Of a stretch of 64,000 nucleotides of DNA, positions 1 through 12,064 are shown piece by piece. The notes beneath the pieces are model-generated. The model saw only the letters and a list, made by a program, of their open reading frames with translations. It made no database searches and was not told where the DNA came from. The position numbers were made by a program, and so were the translations under genes. The stretch lies in the sequence record NC_054909.1; one strand, written 5' to 3'. Position 1 is the first letter of the stretch, and each line of letters starts with the position of its first letter. The stretch comes from Escherichia phage EC121.

Positions 1-1931
1 GCACCGTGGTTAATAACTCTACTGGTACAGCAGCTTTGGCCGGTAAATTCCAGTGGGGTCCTGCTTTTCAGATCAAACAGGTTACAAATGAAGTAGATTT
101 AGTTAATACTTTTGGTCAACCTACAGCTGAAACTGCTGATTATTTTATGTCTGCAATGAATTTCTTACAATATGGAAATGATTTGCGAGTTGTGCGTGCT
201 GTCGATAGAGATACCGCTAAAAACTCATCTCCGATTGCCGGTAATATTGAATACACTATTTCTACCCCAGGTAGTAACTACGCGGTTGGAGATAAAATCA
301 CGGTTAAGTATGTTTCAGAAGATGTTGAAACAGAATGTAAAGTTACCGAAGTAGATGCTGATGGAAAAATTAAGAAAATTAATATTCCTACCGCAAAAAT
401 TATCGCTAAAGCGAAAGAAGTAGGCGAATATCCAGCATTAGGTTCTAACTGGACCGCGGAAATTTCTTCGTCTTCCTCTGGTTTAGCTGCAGTAATAACT
501 CTTGGAAAAATTATTACTGATTCTGGTATTTTATTAGCTGAAATTGAAAATGCTGAAGCTGCTATGACAGCTGTTGACTTTCAAGCAAATCTCGAAAAAT
601 ATGGAATTCCAGGAGTAGTAGCTCTTTATCCAGGCGAGTTGGGCGATAAAATCGAAATTGAAATCGTATCTAAAGCTGACTACGCAAAAGGTGCTTCTGC
701 ATTACTTCCAATTTATCCAGGTGGCGGAACACGCGCATCTACTGCCAAAGCAGTGTTTGGATATGGACCACAAACTGATTCACAATACGCTATTATAGTT
801 CGTCGCAATGATGCTATTGTTCAAAGCGTTGTTCTTTCGACAAAGCGAGGTGAAAAAGATATTTACGATAGTAACATCTATATTGACGACTTTTTCGCAA
901 AAGGTGGTTCAGAATATATTTTCGCAACTGCACAAAACTGGCCAGAAGGCTTCTCTGGAATTTTAACTCTGTCTGGTGGATTATCATCAAATGCTGAAGT
1001 AACAGCAGGAGATTTGATGGAAGCTTGGGGCTTCTTTGCTGACCGTGAATCTGTTGATGTTCAGTTGTTTATTGCGGGTTCTTGTGCCGGTGAATCTTTA
1101 GAAACAGCATCTACTGTCCAAAAACACGTCGTTTCAATTGGGGATGCTCGCCAAGATTGCTTAGTACTGTGCTCGCCACCGCGTGAAACTGTAGTTGGAA
1201 TTCCTGTAACTCGTGCTGTTGATAACTTAGTCAATTGGAGAACTGCCGCAGGTTCATATACTGATAATAACTTTAATATTAGTTCAACCTACGCAGCAAT
1301 TGATGGTAACTACAAGTATCAGTATGACAAATATAATGATGTAAATCGTTGGGTTCCATTAGCAGCTGATATTGCCGGATTGTGCGCAAGAACTGACAAC
1401 GTATCTCAGACTTGGATGTCTCCAGCTGGTTATAATCGTGGCCAGATTCTTAACGTTATTAAACTTGCTATTGAAACTCGCCAGGCTCAGCGCGACCGTT
1501 TATACCAAGAAGCTATCAACCCGGTAACTGGTACAGGTGGTGATGGTTACGTATTATATGGTGATAAAACAGCTACTTCTGTTCCTTCTCCATTTGATCG
1601 TATTAACGTTCGTCGTCTGTTTAATATGTTGAAAACGAATATCGGACGTAGTTCAAAATATCGTTTGTTCGAATTAAACAACGCGTTTACTCGTTCATCA
1701 TTCCGCACAGAAACTGCCCAGTACTTACAGGGAATTAAAGCTCTCGGTGGAATTTATGAATATCGTGTAGTTTGCGATACAACAAATAACACTCCGTCAG
1801 TAATTGATAGAAATGAGTTTGTTGCAACATTCTACATTCAACCGGCGCGCAGTATAAATTATATTACTTTGAATTTCGTCGCAACTGCTACTGGTGCAGA
1901 TTTCGATGAGTTAACTGGTCTTGCAGGTTAA
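1..1931 (+). CDS. 18: Tail sheath protein gp18, 5' end upstream of window
   Basis: ORF open to window edge; translation matches T4 gp18 as remembered (VVNNSTGTAALAGKFQWGPAF...); followed by gene 19. Confidence 0.93.
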   Translation, partial: TVVNNSTGTAALAGKFQWGPAFQIKQVTNEVDLVNTFGQPTAETADYFMSAMNFLQYGNDLRVVRAVDRDTAKNSSPIAGNIEYTISTPGSNYAVGDKITVKYVSEDVETECKVTEVDADGKIKKINIPTAKIIAKAKEVGEYPALGSNWTAEISSSSSGLAAVITLGKIITDSGILLAEIENAEAAMTAVDFQANLEKYGIPGVVALYPGELGDKIEIEIVSKADYAKGASALLPIYPGGGTRASTAKAVFGYGPQTDSQYAIIVRRNDAIVQSVVLSTKRGEKDIYDSNIYIDDFFAKGGSEYIFATAQNWPEGFSGILTLSGGLSSNAEVTAGDLMEAWGFFADRESVDVQLFIAGSCAGESLETASTVQKHVVSIGDARQDCLVLCSPPRETVVGIPVTRAVDNLVNWRTAAGSYTDNNFNISSTYAAIDGNYKYQYDKYNDVNRWVPLAADIAGLCARTDNVSQTWMSPAGYNRGQILNVIKLAIETRQAQRDRLYQEAINPVTGTGGDGYVLYGDKTATSVPSPFDRINVRRLFNMLKTNIGRSSKYRLFELNNAFTRSSFRTETAQYLQGIKALGGIYEYRVVCDTTNNTPSVIDRNEFVATFYIQPARSINYITLNFVATATGADFDELTGLAG

Positions 1932-1947
1932 TACGGTGCATTCTAAA

Positions 1948-1965
1948 GGCCTGTTTCGGCAGGCC
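1948..1965 (+). terminator. Stable hairpin after gene 18 (RNA 3' stabiliser or weak terminator)
   Basis: GGCCTG-TTTCGG-CAGGCC inverted repeat read directly; no strong T-run follows. Confidence 0.4.
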
Positions 1966-1966
1966 A

Positions 1967-1974
1967 TATAAATA
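1967..1974 (+). promoter_or_regulatory. T4-type late promoter motif TATAAATA
   Basis: Exact TATAAATA in the 18-19 intergenic region. Confidence 0.5.
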
Positions 1975-2025
1975 CACTATATCCTTAATTCTTTAATTCT
2001 ATATGCCCTAGGTTAAACATAGGGA

Positions 2026-2033
2026 TATAAATA
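2026..2033 (+). promoter_or_regulatory. T4-type late promoter motif TATAAATA upstream of gene 19
   Basis: Exact TATAAATA 15 nt upstream of GAGG and the ATG at 2048. Confidence 0.55.
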
Positions 2034-2047
2034 CTACAGAGGCTAAT

Positions 2048-2539
2048 ATGTTTGTAGATGATGTAACACGAGCGTTTGAATCTGGTGATTTTGCTCGACC
2101 TAACTTATTCCAAGTAGAAATTTCTTATCTTGGACAAAATTTTACGTTTCAATGCAAAGCCACTGCTTTACCAGCTGGTATTGTAGAAAAAATTCCAGTC
2201 GGATTTATGAACCGTAAAATTAACGTAGCAGGCGATCGTACATTCGATGACTGGACTGTTACAGTAATGAACGATGAGGCACATGATGCTCGCCAGAAGT
2301 TTGTTGATTGGCAAAGCATTGCTGCTGGGCAAGGGAACGAAATTACTGGTGGAAAACCAGCAGAGTATAAAAAGAGCGCTGTTGTTCGCCAATACGCTCG
2401 TGATGCTAAAACAGTAACAAAAGAAATTGAAATTAAAGGTCTATGGCCTACTAACGTTGGTGAACTTCAATTAGATTGGGATTCAAACAATGAAATCCAA
2501 ACATTTGAAGTAACTCTTGCTCTCGATTATTGGGAATAA
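2048..2539 (+). CDS. 19: Tail tube protein gp19
   Basis: 163-aa ORF; sequence and position match T4 gp19. Confidence 0.93.
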   Translation: MFVDDVTRAFESGDFARPNLFQVEISYLGQNFTFQCKATALPAGIVEKIPVGFMNRKINVAGDRTFDDWTVTVMNDEAHDARQKFVDWQSIAAGQGNEITGGKPAEYKKSAVVRQYARDAKTVTKEIEIKGLWPTNVGELQLDWDSNNEIQTFEVTLALDYWE

Positions 2540-2544
2540 AATGA

Positions 2545-4196
<1,652 letters not shown>

Positions 4197-4197
<1 letters not shown>

Positions 4198-4454
4198 TGG
4201 AAGGTTTAATTGAAGCTATTAAATCAAACGACCTCGTAGCCGCTCGTAAATTCTTTGCTGAAGCCATGGCTGCAAGAACGATTGATTTAATTAAAGAAGA
4301 AAAAATCGCTATCGCTCGTAATTTCTTAATCGAAGGTGAAGAACCTGATGATGAGGATGACGAAGACGAGGATGATGACGAAGATAGCGATGATAAAGAC
4401 GACAAAAAAGGCAAAGACTCTGACGAAGATGACGAAGACGAGGATGATGAATAA
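4197..4454 (+). CDS. 67: Prohead core protein gp67 (acidic D/E-rich C-terminus)
   Basis: Small ORF after gene 20 with TAATG overlap; poly-acidic tail; T4 synteny. Confidence 0.85.
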
Positions 4455-4879
4455 TGCTTCTGATCCCTGAAACTCATGAATTAGTTCTCGAGAATGTCGA
4501 AGCACTTATTCCTGAAGCACAGGGTCGCTTTGACGAATTGTCTTCTGCTTTAAATAAAGACGATATAAATACAATTGTCGAGAATATGCTTGATGATGAA
4601 ACTGATTTAGCGATTGCATTAGCTTCTATTAATGAAGATATGCCGCTAAATGAATTCATCGTTAAACATGTTTCTGCTCGTGGTGAAATTACACGTACTA
4701 AAGACCGCAAGACGCGTGAACGTAATGCATTTCAAACCACCGGGCTGTCTAAAGCAAAACGTAGACAAATTGCTCGCAAAGCTACCAAAACGAAGATTGC
4801 CAACCCAGCAGGTCAATCTCGTGCTCAGCGTAAGCGTAAAAAAGCTCTTAAACGCCGTAAAGCATTAGGATTAAGCTAA
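4454..4879 (+). CDS. 68: Prohead core protein gp68
   Basis: 141-aa ORF between 67 and 21; T4 synteny. Confidence 0.85.
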   Translation: MLLIPETHELVLENVEALIPEAQGRFDELSSALNKDDINTIVENMLDDETDLAIALASINEDMPLNEFIVKHVSARGEITRTKDRKTRERNAFQTTGLSKAKRRQIARKATKTKIANPAGQSRAQRKRKKALKRRKALGLS

Positions 4880-5517
4880 TGAATGAACCCCAATTACTAA
4901 TTGAAACTTGGGGTCAACCTGGCGAAATTATTGATGGCGTGCCAATGCTTGAATCCCATGATGGAAAAGACTTAGGTTTAAAACCTGGTTTATACATCGA
5001 AGGAATATTCATGCAAGCAGAAGTCGTCAATAGAAATAAACGTCTTTATCCAAAACGTATATTAGAAAAAGCGGTAAAAGACTATATTAATGAGCAAGTT
5101 TTAACTAAACAAGCTCTCGGAGAATTAAATCATCCTCCACGCGCTAATGTTGACCCGATGCAAGCCGCTATCATTATAGAAGATATGTGGTGGAAAGGAA
5201 ATGACGTATACGGACGAGCTCGTGTTATTGAAGGTGACCATGGTCCTGGAGATAAATTAGCAGCTAATATTCGTGCCGGATGGATTCCAGGAGTTTCTTC
5301 TCGTGGATTAGGTTCATTGACTGACACAAATAAAGGTTATCGTATCGTAAACGAAGGATTCAAATTAACTGTAGGTGTTGATGCAGTATGGGGTCCAAGT
5401 GCTCCAGATGCATGGGTAACTCCTAAGGAAATTACCGAATCACAGACGGCGGAAGCCGATACAAGTGCCGATGACGCCTATATGGCTCTCGCAGAGGCCA
5501 TGAAAAAAGCGTTATAA
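4879..5517 (+). CDS. 21: Prohead core scaffold protein and protease gp21
   Basis: 212-aa ORF; matches T4 gp21 in sequence and position. Confidence 0.92.
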   Translation: MNEPQLLIETWGQPGEIIDGVPMLESHDGKDLGLKPGLYIEGIFMQAEVVNRNKRLYPKRILEKAVKDYINEQVLTKQALGELNHPPRANVDPMQAAIIIEDMWWKGNDVYGRARVIEGDHGPGDKLAANIRAGWIPGVSSRGLGSLTDTNKGYRIVNEGFKLTVGVDAVWGPSAPDAWVTPKEITESQTAEADTSADDAYMALAEAMKKAL

Positions 5518-5520
5518 ATA
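5513..5520 (+). promoter_or_regulatory. Late promoter motif TATAAATA overlapping the gene 21 stop, upstream of gene 22
   Basis: Exact TATAAATA 28 nt before the gene 22 ATG. Confidence 0.5.
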
Positions 5521-5547
5521 TTATTATCTAAACAACAGGACTACAAA

Positions 5548-6357
5548 ATGCTTAAAGAACAACTGATTGCTGAAGCGCAAAAAATTGATGCTTCCGTTGC
5601 TCTTGATAGTATTTTCGAATCAGTTAATATTTCTCCGGAAGCAAAAGAAACTTTCGGCACTGTATTCGAAGCTACCGTCAAGCAGCACGCCGTTAAATTA
5701 GCTGAATCTCATATCGCTAAAATTGCTGAAAAAGCAGAAGAAGAAGTAGAAAAAAATAAAGAAGAAGCCGAAGAAAAAGCTGAGAAGAAAATTGCTGAGC
5801 AAGCTTCTAAATTCATCGACCATCTTGCAAAAGAATGGCTCGCTGAAAATAAATTAGCAGTTGATAAAGGCATCAAAGCCGAACTGTTTGAATCCATGCT
5901 AGGTGGATTAAAAGAGCTCTTTGTTGAACACAACGTCGTTGTTCCAGAAGAATCAGTTGATGTTGTAGCTGAAATGGAAGAAGAGCTGCAAGAACATAAA
6001 GAAGAATCAGCTCGTCTGTTCGAAGAACTCAATATGCGCGACGCATATATCAATTATGTGCAGCGTGAAGTGGCATTGAGCGAAAGTACTAAAGATCTGA
6101 CTGAGTCTCAAAAAGAAAAAGTCTCTGCTCTGGTCGAAGGTATGGATTATTCAGATGCATTCTCAAGTAAATTGAGTGCCATCGTAGAAATGGTGAAGAA
6201 GTCTAATAAAGATGAAAGCACTATTACTGAGGGTATAAATACTCCTGATACTGAAGCAGCCGGACTGAATTTCGTCACTGAAGCTGTAGAAGATAAAACT
6301 GCACCTGGTGCAGAAGATATTGTAAGTGTATATGCGAAAGTCGCATCTCGTTTCTAA
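5548..6357 (+). CDS. 22: Prohead core scaffold protein gp22
   Basis: 269-aa E/K-rich ORF; T4 gp22 size and position. Confidence 0.92.
   Translation: MLKEQLIAEAQKIDASVALDSIFESVNISPEAKETFGTVFEATVKQHAVKLAESHIAKIAEKAEEEVEKNKEEAEEKAEKKIAEQASKFIDHLAKEWLAENKLAVDKGIKAELFESMLGGLKELFVEHNVVVPEESVDVVAEMEEELQEHKEESARLFEELNMRDAYINYVQREVALSESTKDLTESQKEKVSALVEGMDYSDAFSSKLSAIVEMVKKSNKDESTITEGINTPDTEAAGLNFVTEAVEDKTAPGAEDIVSVYAKVASRF
6234..6241 (+). promoter_or_regulatory. Late promoter motif TATAAATA inside the 3' end of gene 22 (candidate P23)
   Basis: GGTATAAATACTCC about 135 nt upstream of the gene 23 ATG. Confidence 0.5.
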
Positions 6358-6375
6358 TTTTAAAGGTTAACACAA

Positions 6376-7941
6376 ATGACTATCAAAACTAAAGCTGAAC
6401 TTTTGAACAAATGGAAGCCATTACTGGAAGGTGAAGGTTTACCGGAAATTGCTAATAGCAAACAAGCGATTATCGCTAAAATCTTTGAAAACCAGGAAAA
6501 AGATTTCCAGACAGCTCCAGAGTACAAAGACGAAAAAATCGCTCAGGCGTTCGGTTCTTTCTTAACAGAAGCTGAAATCGGTGGTGACCACGGTTACAAC
6601 GCTACTAACATCGCTGCTGGTCAGACTTCTGGCGCAGTAACTCAGATTGGCCCAGCTGTTATGGGTATGGTACGTCGTGCTATTCCTAACCTGATTGCTT
6701 TCGATATTTGTGGTGTTCAGCCGATGAACAGCCCGACTGGCCAGGTATTCGCACTGCGTGCAGTATATGGTAAAGACCCAATCGCTGCCGGTGCTAAAGA
6801 AGCATTCCACCCAATGTATGGTCCAGATGCAATGTTCTCTGGTCAGGGTGCTGCTAAGAAATTCCCAGCTCTGGCTGCTAGCACACAAACCACAGTAGGT
6901 GATATCTATACTCACTTCTTCCAGGACACTGGTACTGTGTATCTGCAGGCTTCTGCTCAAGTAACAATTAGTTCTACTGCAGATGATGCAGCTAAATTAG
7001 ATGCTGAAATTAAGAAACAAATGGAAGCTGGCGTACTGGTAGAAATTGCTGAAGGTATGGCTACTTCTATCGCTGAACTCCAGGAAGGTTTCAACGGTTC
7101 TACCGATAACCCATGGAATGAAATGGGCTTCCGTATCGATAAACAAGTTATCGAAGCTAAATCTCGCCAGCTGAAAGCTGCTTACTCTATCGAATTAGCA
7201 CAAGACCTCCGCGCTGTTCACGGTATGGATGCTGATGCTGAACTGTCTGGTATTCTGGCTACCGAAATCATGTTGGAAATCAACCGTGAAGTTGTTGATT
7301 GGATTAACTACTCAGCTCAGGTTGGTAAATCTGGTATGACCCTGACTCCTGGTTCTAAAGCTGGTGTATTTGACTTCCAGGATCCGATTGATATTCGTGG
7401 TGCTCGCTGGGCGGGTGAATCCTTTAAAGCTCTGTTGTTCCAGATTGACAAAGAAGCAGTTGAAATTGCTCGTCAGACCGGTCGTGGTGAAGGTAACTTC
7501 ATTATCGCTTCCCGTAACGTAGTTAACGTTCTGGCTTCAGTTGATACTGGCATTTCTTATGCTGCACAGGGTCTGGCTACCGGCTTTAACACTGATACTA
7601 CCAAGTCAGTATTTGCTGGTGTTCTGGGTGGTAAATACCGTGTATATATCGACCAGTATGCTAAACAGGATTATTTCACTGTAGGTTATAAAGGTCCGAA
7701 CGAAATGGATGCTGGTATTTACTATGCTCCATATGTAGCTCTGACTCCGCTGCGTGGTTCCGATCCGAAGAACTTCCAACCAGTAATGGGATTCAAAACT
7801 CGTTACGGTATCGGTATCAACCCATTTGCAGAATCCGCTGCTCAGGCTCCGGCTTCTCGCATCCAGAGCGGTATGCCTTCTATTCTGAATAGCCTTGGTA
7901 AAAACGCTTACTTCCGCCGTGTATATGTTAAAGGTATCTAA
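6376..7941 (+). CDS. 23: Major capsid protein gp23
   Basis: 521-aa ORF; matches T4 gp23. Confidence 0.95.
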   Translation: MTIKTKAELLNKWKPLLEGEGLPEIANSKQAIIAKIFENQEKDFQTAPEYKDEKIAQAFGSFLTEAEIGGDHGYNATNIAAGQTSGAVTQIGPAVMGMVRRAIPNLIAFDICGVQPMNSPTGQVFALRAVYGKDPIAAGAKEAFHPMYGPDAMFSGQGAAKKFPALAASTQTTVGDIYTHFFQDTGTVYLQASAQVTISSTADDAAKLDAEIKKQMEAGVLVEIAEGMATSIAELQEGFNGSTDNPWNEMGFRIDKQVIEAKSRQLKAAYSIELAQDLRAVHGMDADAELSGILATEIMLEINREVVDWINYSAQVGKSGMTLTPGSKAGVFDFQDPIDIRGARWAGESFKALLFQIDKEAVEIARQTGRGEGNFIIASRNVVNVLASVDTGISYAAQGLATGFNTDTTKSVFAGVLGGKYRVYIDQYAKQDYFTVGYKGPNEMDAGIYYAPYVALTPLRGSDPKNFQPVMGFKTRYGIGINPFAESAAQAPASRIQSGMPSILNSLGKNAYFRRVYVKGI

Positions 7942-7955
7942 TCTTTGACGATTTA

Positions 7956-7985
7956 AGGGACCTTCGGGTCCCTTTAGTTGTTTTT
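7956..7985 (+). terminator. Rho-independent terminator after gene 23
   Basis: GGGACC-TTCG-GGTCCC hairpin followed by a T-rich tract. Confidence 0.65.
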
Positions 7986-7989
7986 ATGG

Positions 7990-7997
7990 TATAAATA
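7990..7997 (+). promoter_or_regulatory. Late promoter motif TATAAATA upstream of gene 24
   Basis: Exact TATAAATA about 27 nt upstream of the gene 24 ATG, with AAGGA Shine-Dalgarno between. Confidence 0.55.
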
Positions 7998-8024
7998 AAT
8001 CATATAAACCAAAAGGAAAGCGCA

Positions 8025-9308
8025 ATGGCTAAAATCAACGAACTTCTGCGCGAATCAACCACAACGAATAGCAACTCAATCGGTCGCCCAAATCTCGTTG
8101 CTTTGACTCGCGCTACCACTAAATTAATATATTCTGACATTGTAGCAACGCAAAGAACTAATCAACCTGTTGCTGCTTTTTATGGTATCAAATACCTTAA
8201 CCCAGACAACGAATTTACATTTAAAACTGGTGCTACTTACGCTGGCGAAGCTGGATATGTAGACCGAGAACAAATCACAGAATTAACAGAAGAGTCTAAA
8301 TTAACTCTCAATAAAGGCGATTTATTCAAATATAATAATATCGTTTATAAAGTATTAGAAGATACTCCATTCGCTGATATTGAAGAAAGCGACTTAGAGT
8401 TAGCTCTTCAGATTGCAATTGTTCTTTTAAAGGTTCGTCTATTTTCTGACGCAGCGTCAACAAGCAAATTTGAAAGCTCTGATAGTGAAATTGCGGATGC
8501 TAGATTTCAGATTAATAAATGGCAAACCGCGGTTAAATCTCGTAAACTTAAAACTGGCATCACAGTTGAATTAGCGCAAGATTTAGAAGCAAATGGATTC
8601 GATGCTCCTAATTTCTTGGAAGATTTGCTTGCAACTGAAATGGCAGATGAAATCAATAAAGATATTCTGCAGTCTTTGATTACAGTGTCAAAACGCTATA
8701 AAGTTACAGGAATTACTGATAGTGGATTCATCGATTTGAGTTATGCATCTGCACCTGAAGCGGGTCGTTCATTATATCGAATGGTATGTGAAATGGTTTC
8801 GCATATCCAAAAAGAATCAACTTATACAGCAACGTTCTGTGTTGCTTCAGCTCGTGCCGCTGCGATTCTTGCTGCATCAGGTTGGTTAAAACATAAACCA
8901 GAAGATGATAAATATCTTTCACAAAATGCCTACGGGTTCTTAGCTAATGGTTTACCGCTTTATTGCGATACTAACAGCCCATTAGATTATGTAATCGTTG
9001 GTGTAGTAGAAAATATCGGTGAAAAAGAAATTGTTGGGTCAATTTTCTATGCTCCGTATACAGAAGGTCTTGACTTAGATGACCCTGAACATGTAGGTGC
9101 ATTTAAAGTTGTAGTTGATCCAGAAAGTTTGCAGCCATCTATCGGTTTATTAGTTAGATATGCTTTATCTGCAAATCCTTACACTGTAGCAAAAGATGAA
9201 AAAGAAGCAAGAGTAATTGACGGTGGAGACATGGATAAAATGGCGGGTCGTTCAGATTTGTCTGTTTTATTAGGTGTTAAGCTACCAAAAATTATCATTG
9301 ATGAATAA
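8025..9308 (+). CDS. 24: Capsid vertex protein gp24
   Basis: 427-aa ORF, gp23 paralog; T4 position. Confidence 0.93.
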   Translation: MAKINELLRESTTTNSNSIGRPNLVALTRATTKLIYSDIVATQRTNQPVAAFYGIKYLNPDNEFTFKTGATYAGEAGYVDREQITELTEESKLTLNKGDLFKYNNIVYKVLEDTPFADIEESDLELALQIAIVLLKVRLFSDAASTSKFESSDSEIADARFQINKWQTAVKSRKLKTGITVELAQDLEANGFDAPNFLEDLLATEMADEINKDILQSLITVSKRYKVTGITDSGFIDLSYASAPEAGRSLYRMVCEMVSHIQKESTYTATFCVASARAAAILAASGWLKHKPEDDKYLSQNAYGFLANGLPLYCDTNSPLDYVIVGVVENIGEKEIVGSIFYAPYTEGLDLDDPEHVGAFKVVVDPESLQPSIGLLVRYALSANPYTVAKDEKEARVIDGGDMDKMAGRSDLSVLLGVKLPKIIIDE

Positions 9309-9311
9309 AAC

Positions 9312-9337
9312 AAAGGGACCGAAAGGTCCCTTTTTAT
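9312..9337. terminator. Bidirectional terminator between convergent genes 24 and rnlB
   Basis: AAAGGGACC-GAAA-GGTCCCTTT hairpin with T-runs on both strands. Confidence 0.65.
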
Positions 9338-10345
9338 TTAACTTACCAATTCAATCCAAGCCGGACGAAGTACATCTTGTACCATTTTAACTAATTCCTT
9401 CTTAATCAAAGAAGGATTATCCGCTTGAGTTAGAGTAATACCTTCACGAGAAGTTTCTTCCAAAATATCTTGAACCGTTAGTCCCATCACCTTTCCAAAA
9501 TCCTTTGGACCAATTTCGCCAATTTTAGAAATAACGTTATTTACGCGGTTTAGTGTAACGTAACAAGCTAAAATTCCAACCAATTTGTTATCAGCTTCTG
9601 ATAGTTCAACTTTAGCTTTAATAGGCTTATCAGACTTTTTCTTTTCACTAAATTTAGAGTTCTTGCATTTAATCGCTACACGAGCACCGTTTGGCAGCCA
9701 TTTAGGGAAACAAGGCTTCAGAACATAACCTTCTGCAGTATTATCACCAATAACATTAGCATCAAATACACAATTATTTGCTTCGACAAGGTCTTCCGAT
9801 GCCGTAACGTTATAAGCGGCTAAGACGGAATCAAGGTCGTTTGGAATCATGATAAGAGCATCAAATGTTCCACGTCCAAGCATTGGTGCCATTTTAAAAC
9901 CAAACGTATTACAGAAATCTTGCATTTCGTAATCACTCATGTAATAAGTATCACCGCTTTCCGTGTTTATGATGATATCGAATACATAGAAATCTTTTTC
10001 ACCGTAGTCAACACCTTTCTGAATTCCACCACCAGCGAATTCACCAAAGACTTGATATGTCACCGGCACTGAAGTTGAAATACTGTCCATGACTTCTTGA
10101 ACGCCTTTAATAGCTTTATCATACTTTTTGAGTACTATTTCATAGCCATAAAAATCTTCTGCTGGAAGAATAGGACCAGTACGTTTAGCGCAAGTTACTT
10201 TATCACGCTCAATAATCAATGAGAAATTTGTACCATGAATCTTTTCACGAGCTACCCACTCCCCACCAGTCAATCCCAAGCTATAAAGTTTTTCAATGAA
10301 TTTAGAATTGTAATGATTTTCAAGACTGCTATACTTTTTAAACAT
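9338..10345 (-). CDS. rnlB: RNA ligase 2 (Rnl2)
   Basis: 335-aa ORF with the nucleotidyltransferase lysine motif (KIHGTN); matches T4 Rnl2. Confidence 0.92.
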   Translation of the reverse strand: MFKKYSSLENHYNSKFIEKLYSLGLTGGEWVAREKIHGTNFSLIIERDKVTCAKRTGPILPAEDFYGYEIVLKKYDKAIKGVQEVMDSISTSVPVTYQVFGEFAGGGIQKGVDYGEKDFYVFDIIINTESGDTYYMSDYEMQDFCNTFGFKMAPMLGRGTFDALIMIPNDLDSVLAAYNVTASEDLVEANNCVFDANVIGDNTAEGYVLKPCFPKWLPNGARVAIKCKNSKFSEKKKSDKPIKAKVELSEADNKLVGILACYVTLNRVNNVISKIGEIGPKDFGKVMGLTVQDILEETSREGITLTQADNPSLIKKELVKMVQDVLRPAWIELVS

Positions 10346-10354
10346 AATTAATCC

Positions 10355-10633
10355 TCAAAATGTAATTTCTAACCAATCACCATCACGCTGATCACTATTG
10401 ACTTTAAAGCTAAATCCTTCTTTTCTCAGCCAATCACCAATTTCTTCAGTAATCAATTTATCGCGAGCAGTACAATAATAACTAAAATATGTTTTACCTT
10501 GTTCAGCTGCTTTATTAGCAAGTTCCGAAAAATCTTTAATAAAACACTCTAACTTAAACTGTTTACTTTTAAGTGCTTTTTCACGTAATTGATTAGCAAA
10601 AGATTCATTTTCATAAAGATCATACTGTTCCAT
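10355..10633 (-). CDS. Hypothetical protein (T4 24.2 position)
   Basis: 92-aa ORF named by synteny only. Confidence 0.7.
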   Translation of the reverse strand: MEQYDLYENESFANQLREKALKSKQFKLECFIKDFSELANKAAEQGKTYFSYYCTARDKLITEEIGDWLRKEGFSFKVNSDQRDGDWLEITF

Positions 10634-10835
10634 TTTTCACCTTTTTATTAATATGCCTTTTTCTATAGACAACTTTTTCTCGAGTTTCAAATTTATTCTT
10701 AGCAGTCATAGCTCGAGCCCATAATACAGCCACTTCCTTTGCCTGTAAGTTCAATTCACGAGCAATTTCAATGAATGACTTTCCAGACTCATGAAGAGTA
10801 AACACCACAACCTCAGTTCTCATAATCAATCTCAT
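10620..10835 (-). CDS. Hypothetical small protein, possible helix-turn-helix (T4 24.3 position)
   Basis: 71-aa ORF named by synteny; start codon uncertain. Confidence 0.6.
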   Translation of the reverse strand: MRLIMRTEVVVFTLHESGKSFIEIARELNLQAKEVAVLWARAMTAKNKFETREKVVYRKRHINKKVKNGTV

Positions 10836-10902
10836 GTTATCGAGTTGGTGCCATTATATACATCATTTTCTGAGTGTGTTTTGTGTGCTTTCAAAATGAA
10901 GA

Positions 10903-10920
10903 AAGGGGCCGAAGCCCCTT
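10903..10920 (-). terminator. Hairpin downstream of hoc (UUCG loop on the minus-strand RNA)
   Basis: AAGGGGC-CGAA-GCCCCTT inverted repeat just after the hoc stop. Confidence 0.5.
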
Positions 10921-10924
10921 ATGA

Positions 10925-12055
10925 TTATGGATAGGTATAGATGATACCAGTTTCTAAAGCAGTTTTATGAATGATGTATCCATTACGTGATTCTTGAACA
11001 TCAACTTCTGGATAGTCTTTCATCATCTTCTGAAGGGTGTAACGATGCAGGTAGTATTTACTATCTGGATCTTCAGTTTTCCAATCTTTACCTTCTTCGG
11101 TCATTTTTTGGATTTCATCCATAACCCACCAACCGCACCAGATATAAGCCGAAGTACGATGTGGAAGAGGATGAACATAAGGCAATTCACCTTCTGGTTC
11201 TGGAGCAACTTTATCAGTTACCTGAACTTGACCTTCTGCTGTGATAGTTTTGCTATCATAATCAGTAGCAGTAACAGTTGCAGTAACTTCAATAGTTTGA
11301 CTTCCAATAGATGATGTATCAACGGTGTATACATTAGTTGACCCTTCTACTGGAGAAGAATCTTTCTTCCATGAATATTCGATTTGCGCTTCTTCTGGAG
11401 CATCAGTGACATTAGCAGTAAATGTAGCCGAAGCATCTTGCTGAACGTTAATAGAAGGAGGAGTCAATGTAACCTGTGGATTCATTGTTTTCTTATTAAC
11501 AGTCAATGATACTTCATTAGAAGTAACTGTTTTTGCGTCATAATCTGTTGCTGTTACTTGCGCTACGCATTTAATTCTTTTTACTCCACTTGTAGTTGGA
11601 GTATAGCTAAATGTAGCAGAAGTCGCTTCACCAATTTGAGAATCATCTACATACCATTGATATGTAGCAGACGCTCCATCGGGTTGAGAAGCTAAGGCAG
11701 CAGTAAATTGAACTGGGGTTCCAATTACTCCAGCAGCGGGACTATTGGGAGTTACTGCCAATGTAGTTGTCTGAGTTTTGTTTTTGACTGTGATAGTTGT
11801 AGTAGCTTCTGCTATTTCAGCTTCAGATTCTGGAACTGTATTTGTTGCAACAACTTTAATAGTCTTTTGACCAGCAGGACCTTTTAATACATAATCAAAA
11901 GTTGCCGCTGATCCTTCTTGCGGAGCATTATCTACACTCCAAGCATAGGTAATAGTTCCACCTCCAGTTTCACCACTGGGTGCAGCAGTAAACTGCTTAG
12001 TTTCATCAATAACTCCAGTAGGTGTTTTAGGAGTTATATCAACTGTAAAAGCCAT
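10925..12055 (-). CDS. hoc: Highly immunogenic outer capsid protein Hoc
   Basis: 376-aa ORF with repeated Ig-like T/V/S-rich segments; T4 size and position. Confidence 0.9.
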   Translation of the reverse strand: MAFTVDITPKTPTGVIDETKQFTAAPSGETGGGTITYAWSVDNAPQEGSAATFDYVLKGPAGQKTIKVVATNTVPESEAEIAEATTTITVKNKTQTTTLAVTPNSPAAGVIGTPVQFTAALASQPDGASATYQWYVDDSQIGEATSATFSYTPTTSGVKRIKCVAQVTATDYDAKTVTSNEVSLTVNKKTMNPQVTLTPPSINVQQDASATFTANVTDAPEEAQIEYSWKKDSSPVEGSTNVYTVDTSSIGSQTIEVTATVTATDYDSKTITAEGQVQVTDKVAPEPEGELPYVHPLPHRTSAYIWCGWWVMDEIQKMTEEGKDWKTEDPDSKYYLHRYTLQKMMKDYPEVDVQESRNGYIIHKTALETGIIYTYP

Positions 12056-12064
12056 AAGTTATCC

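Noticed and set aside
172-354. Short ORFs nested in or antisense to large structural genes (e.g. 172-354, 2168-2392, 3729-3920, 5709-6053, 6562-6960, 20693-20875, 21778-22086, 22799-23137, 60670-60861, 61769-62152)
   Set aside because: All lie wholly within confidently identified genes, lack ribosome-binding sites and are typical six-frame noise in AT-rich phage DNA.
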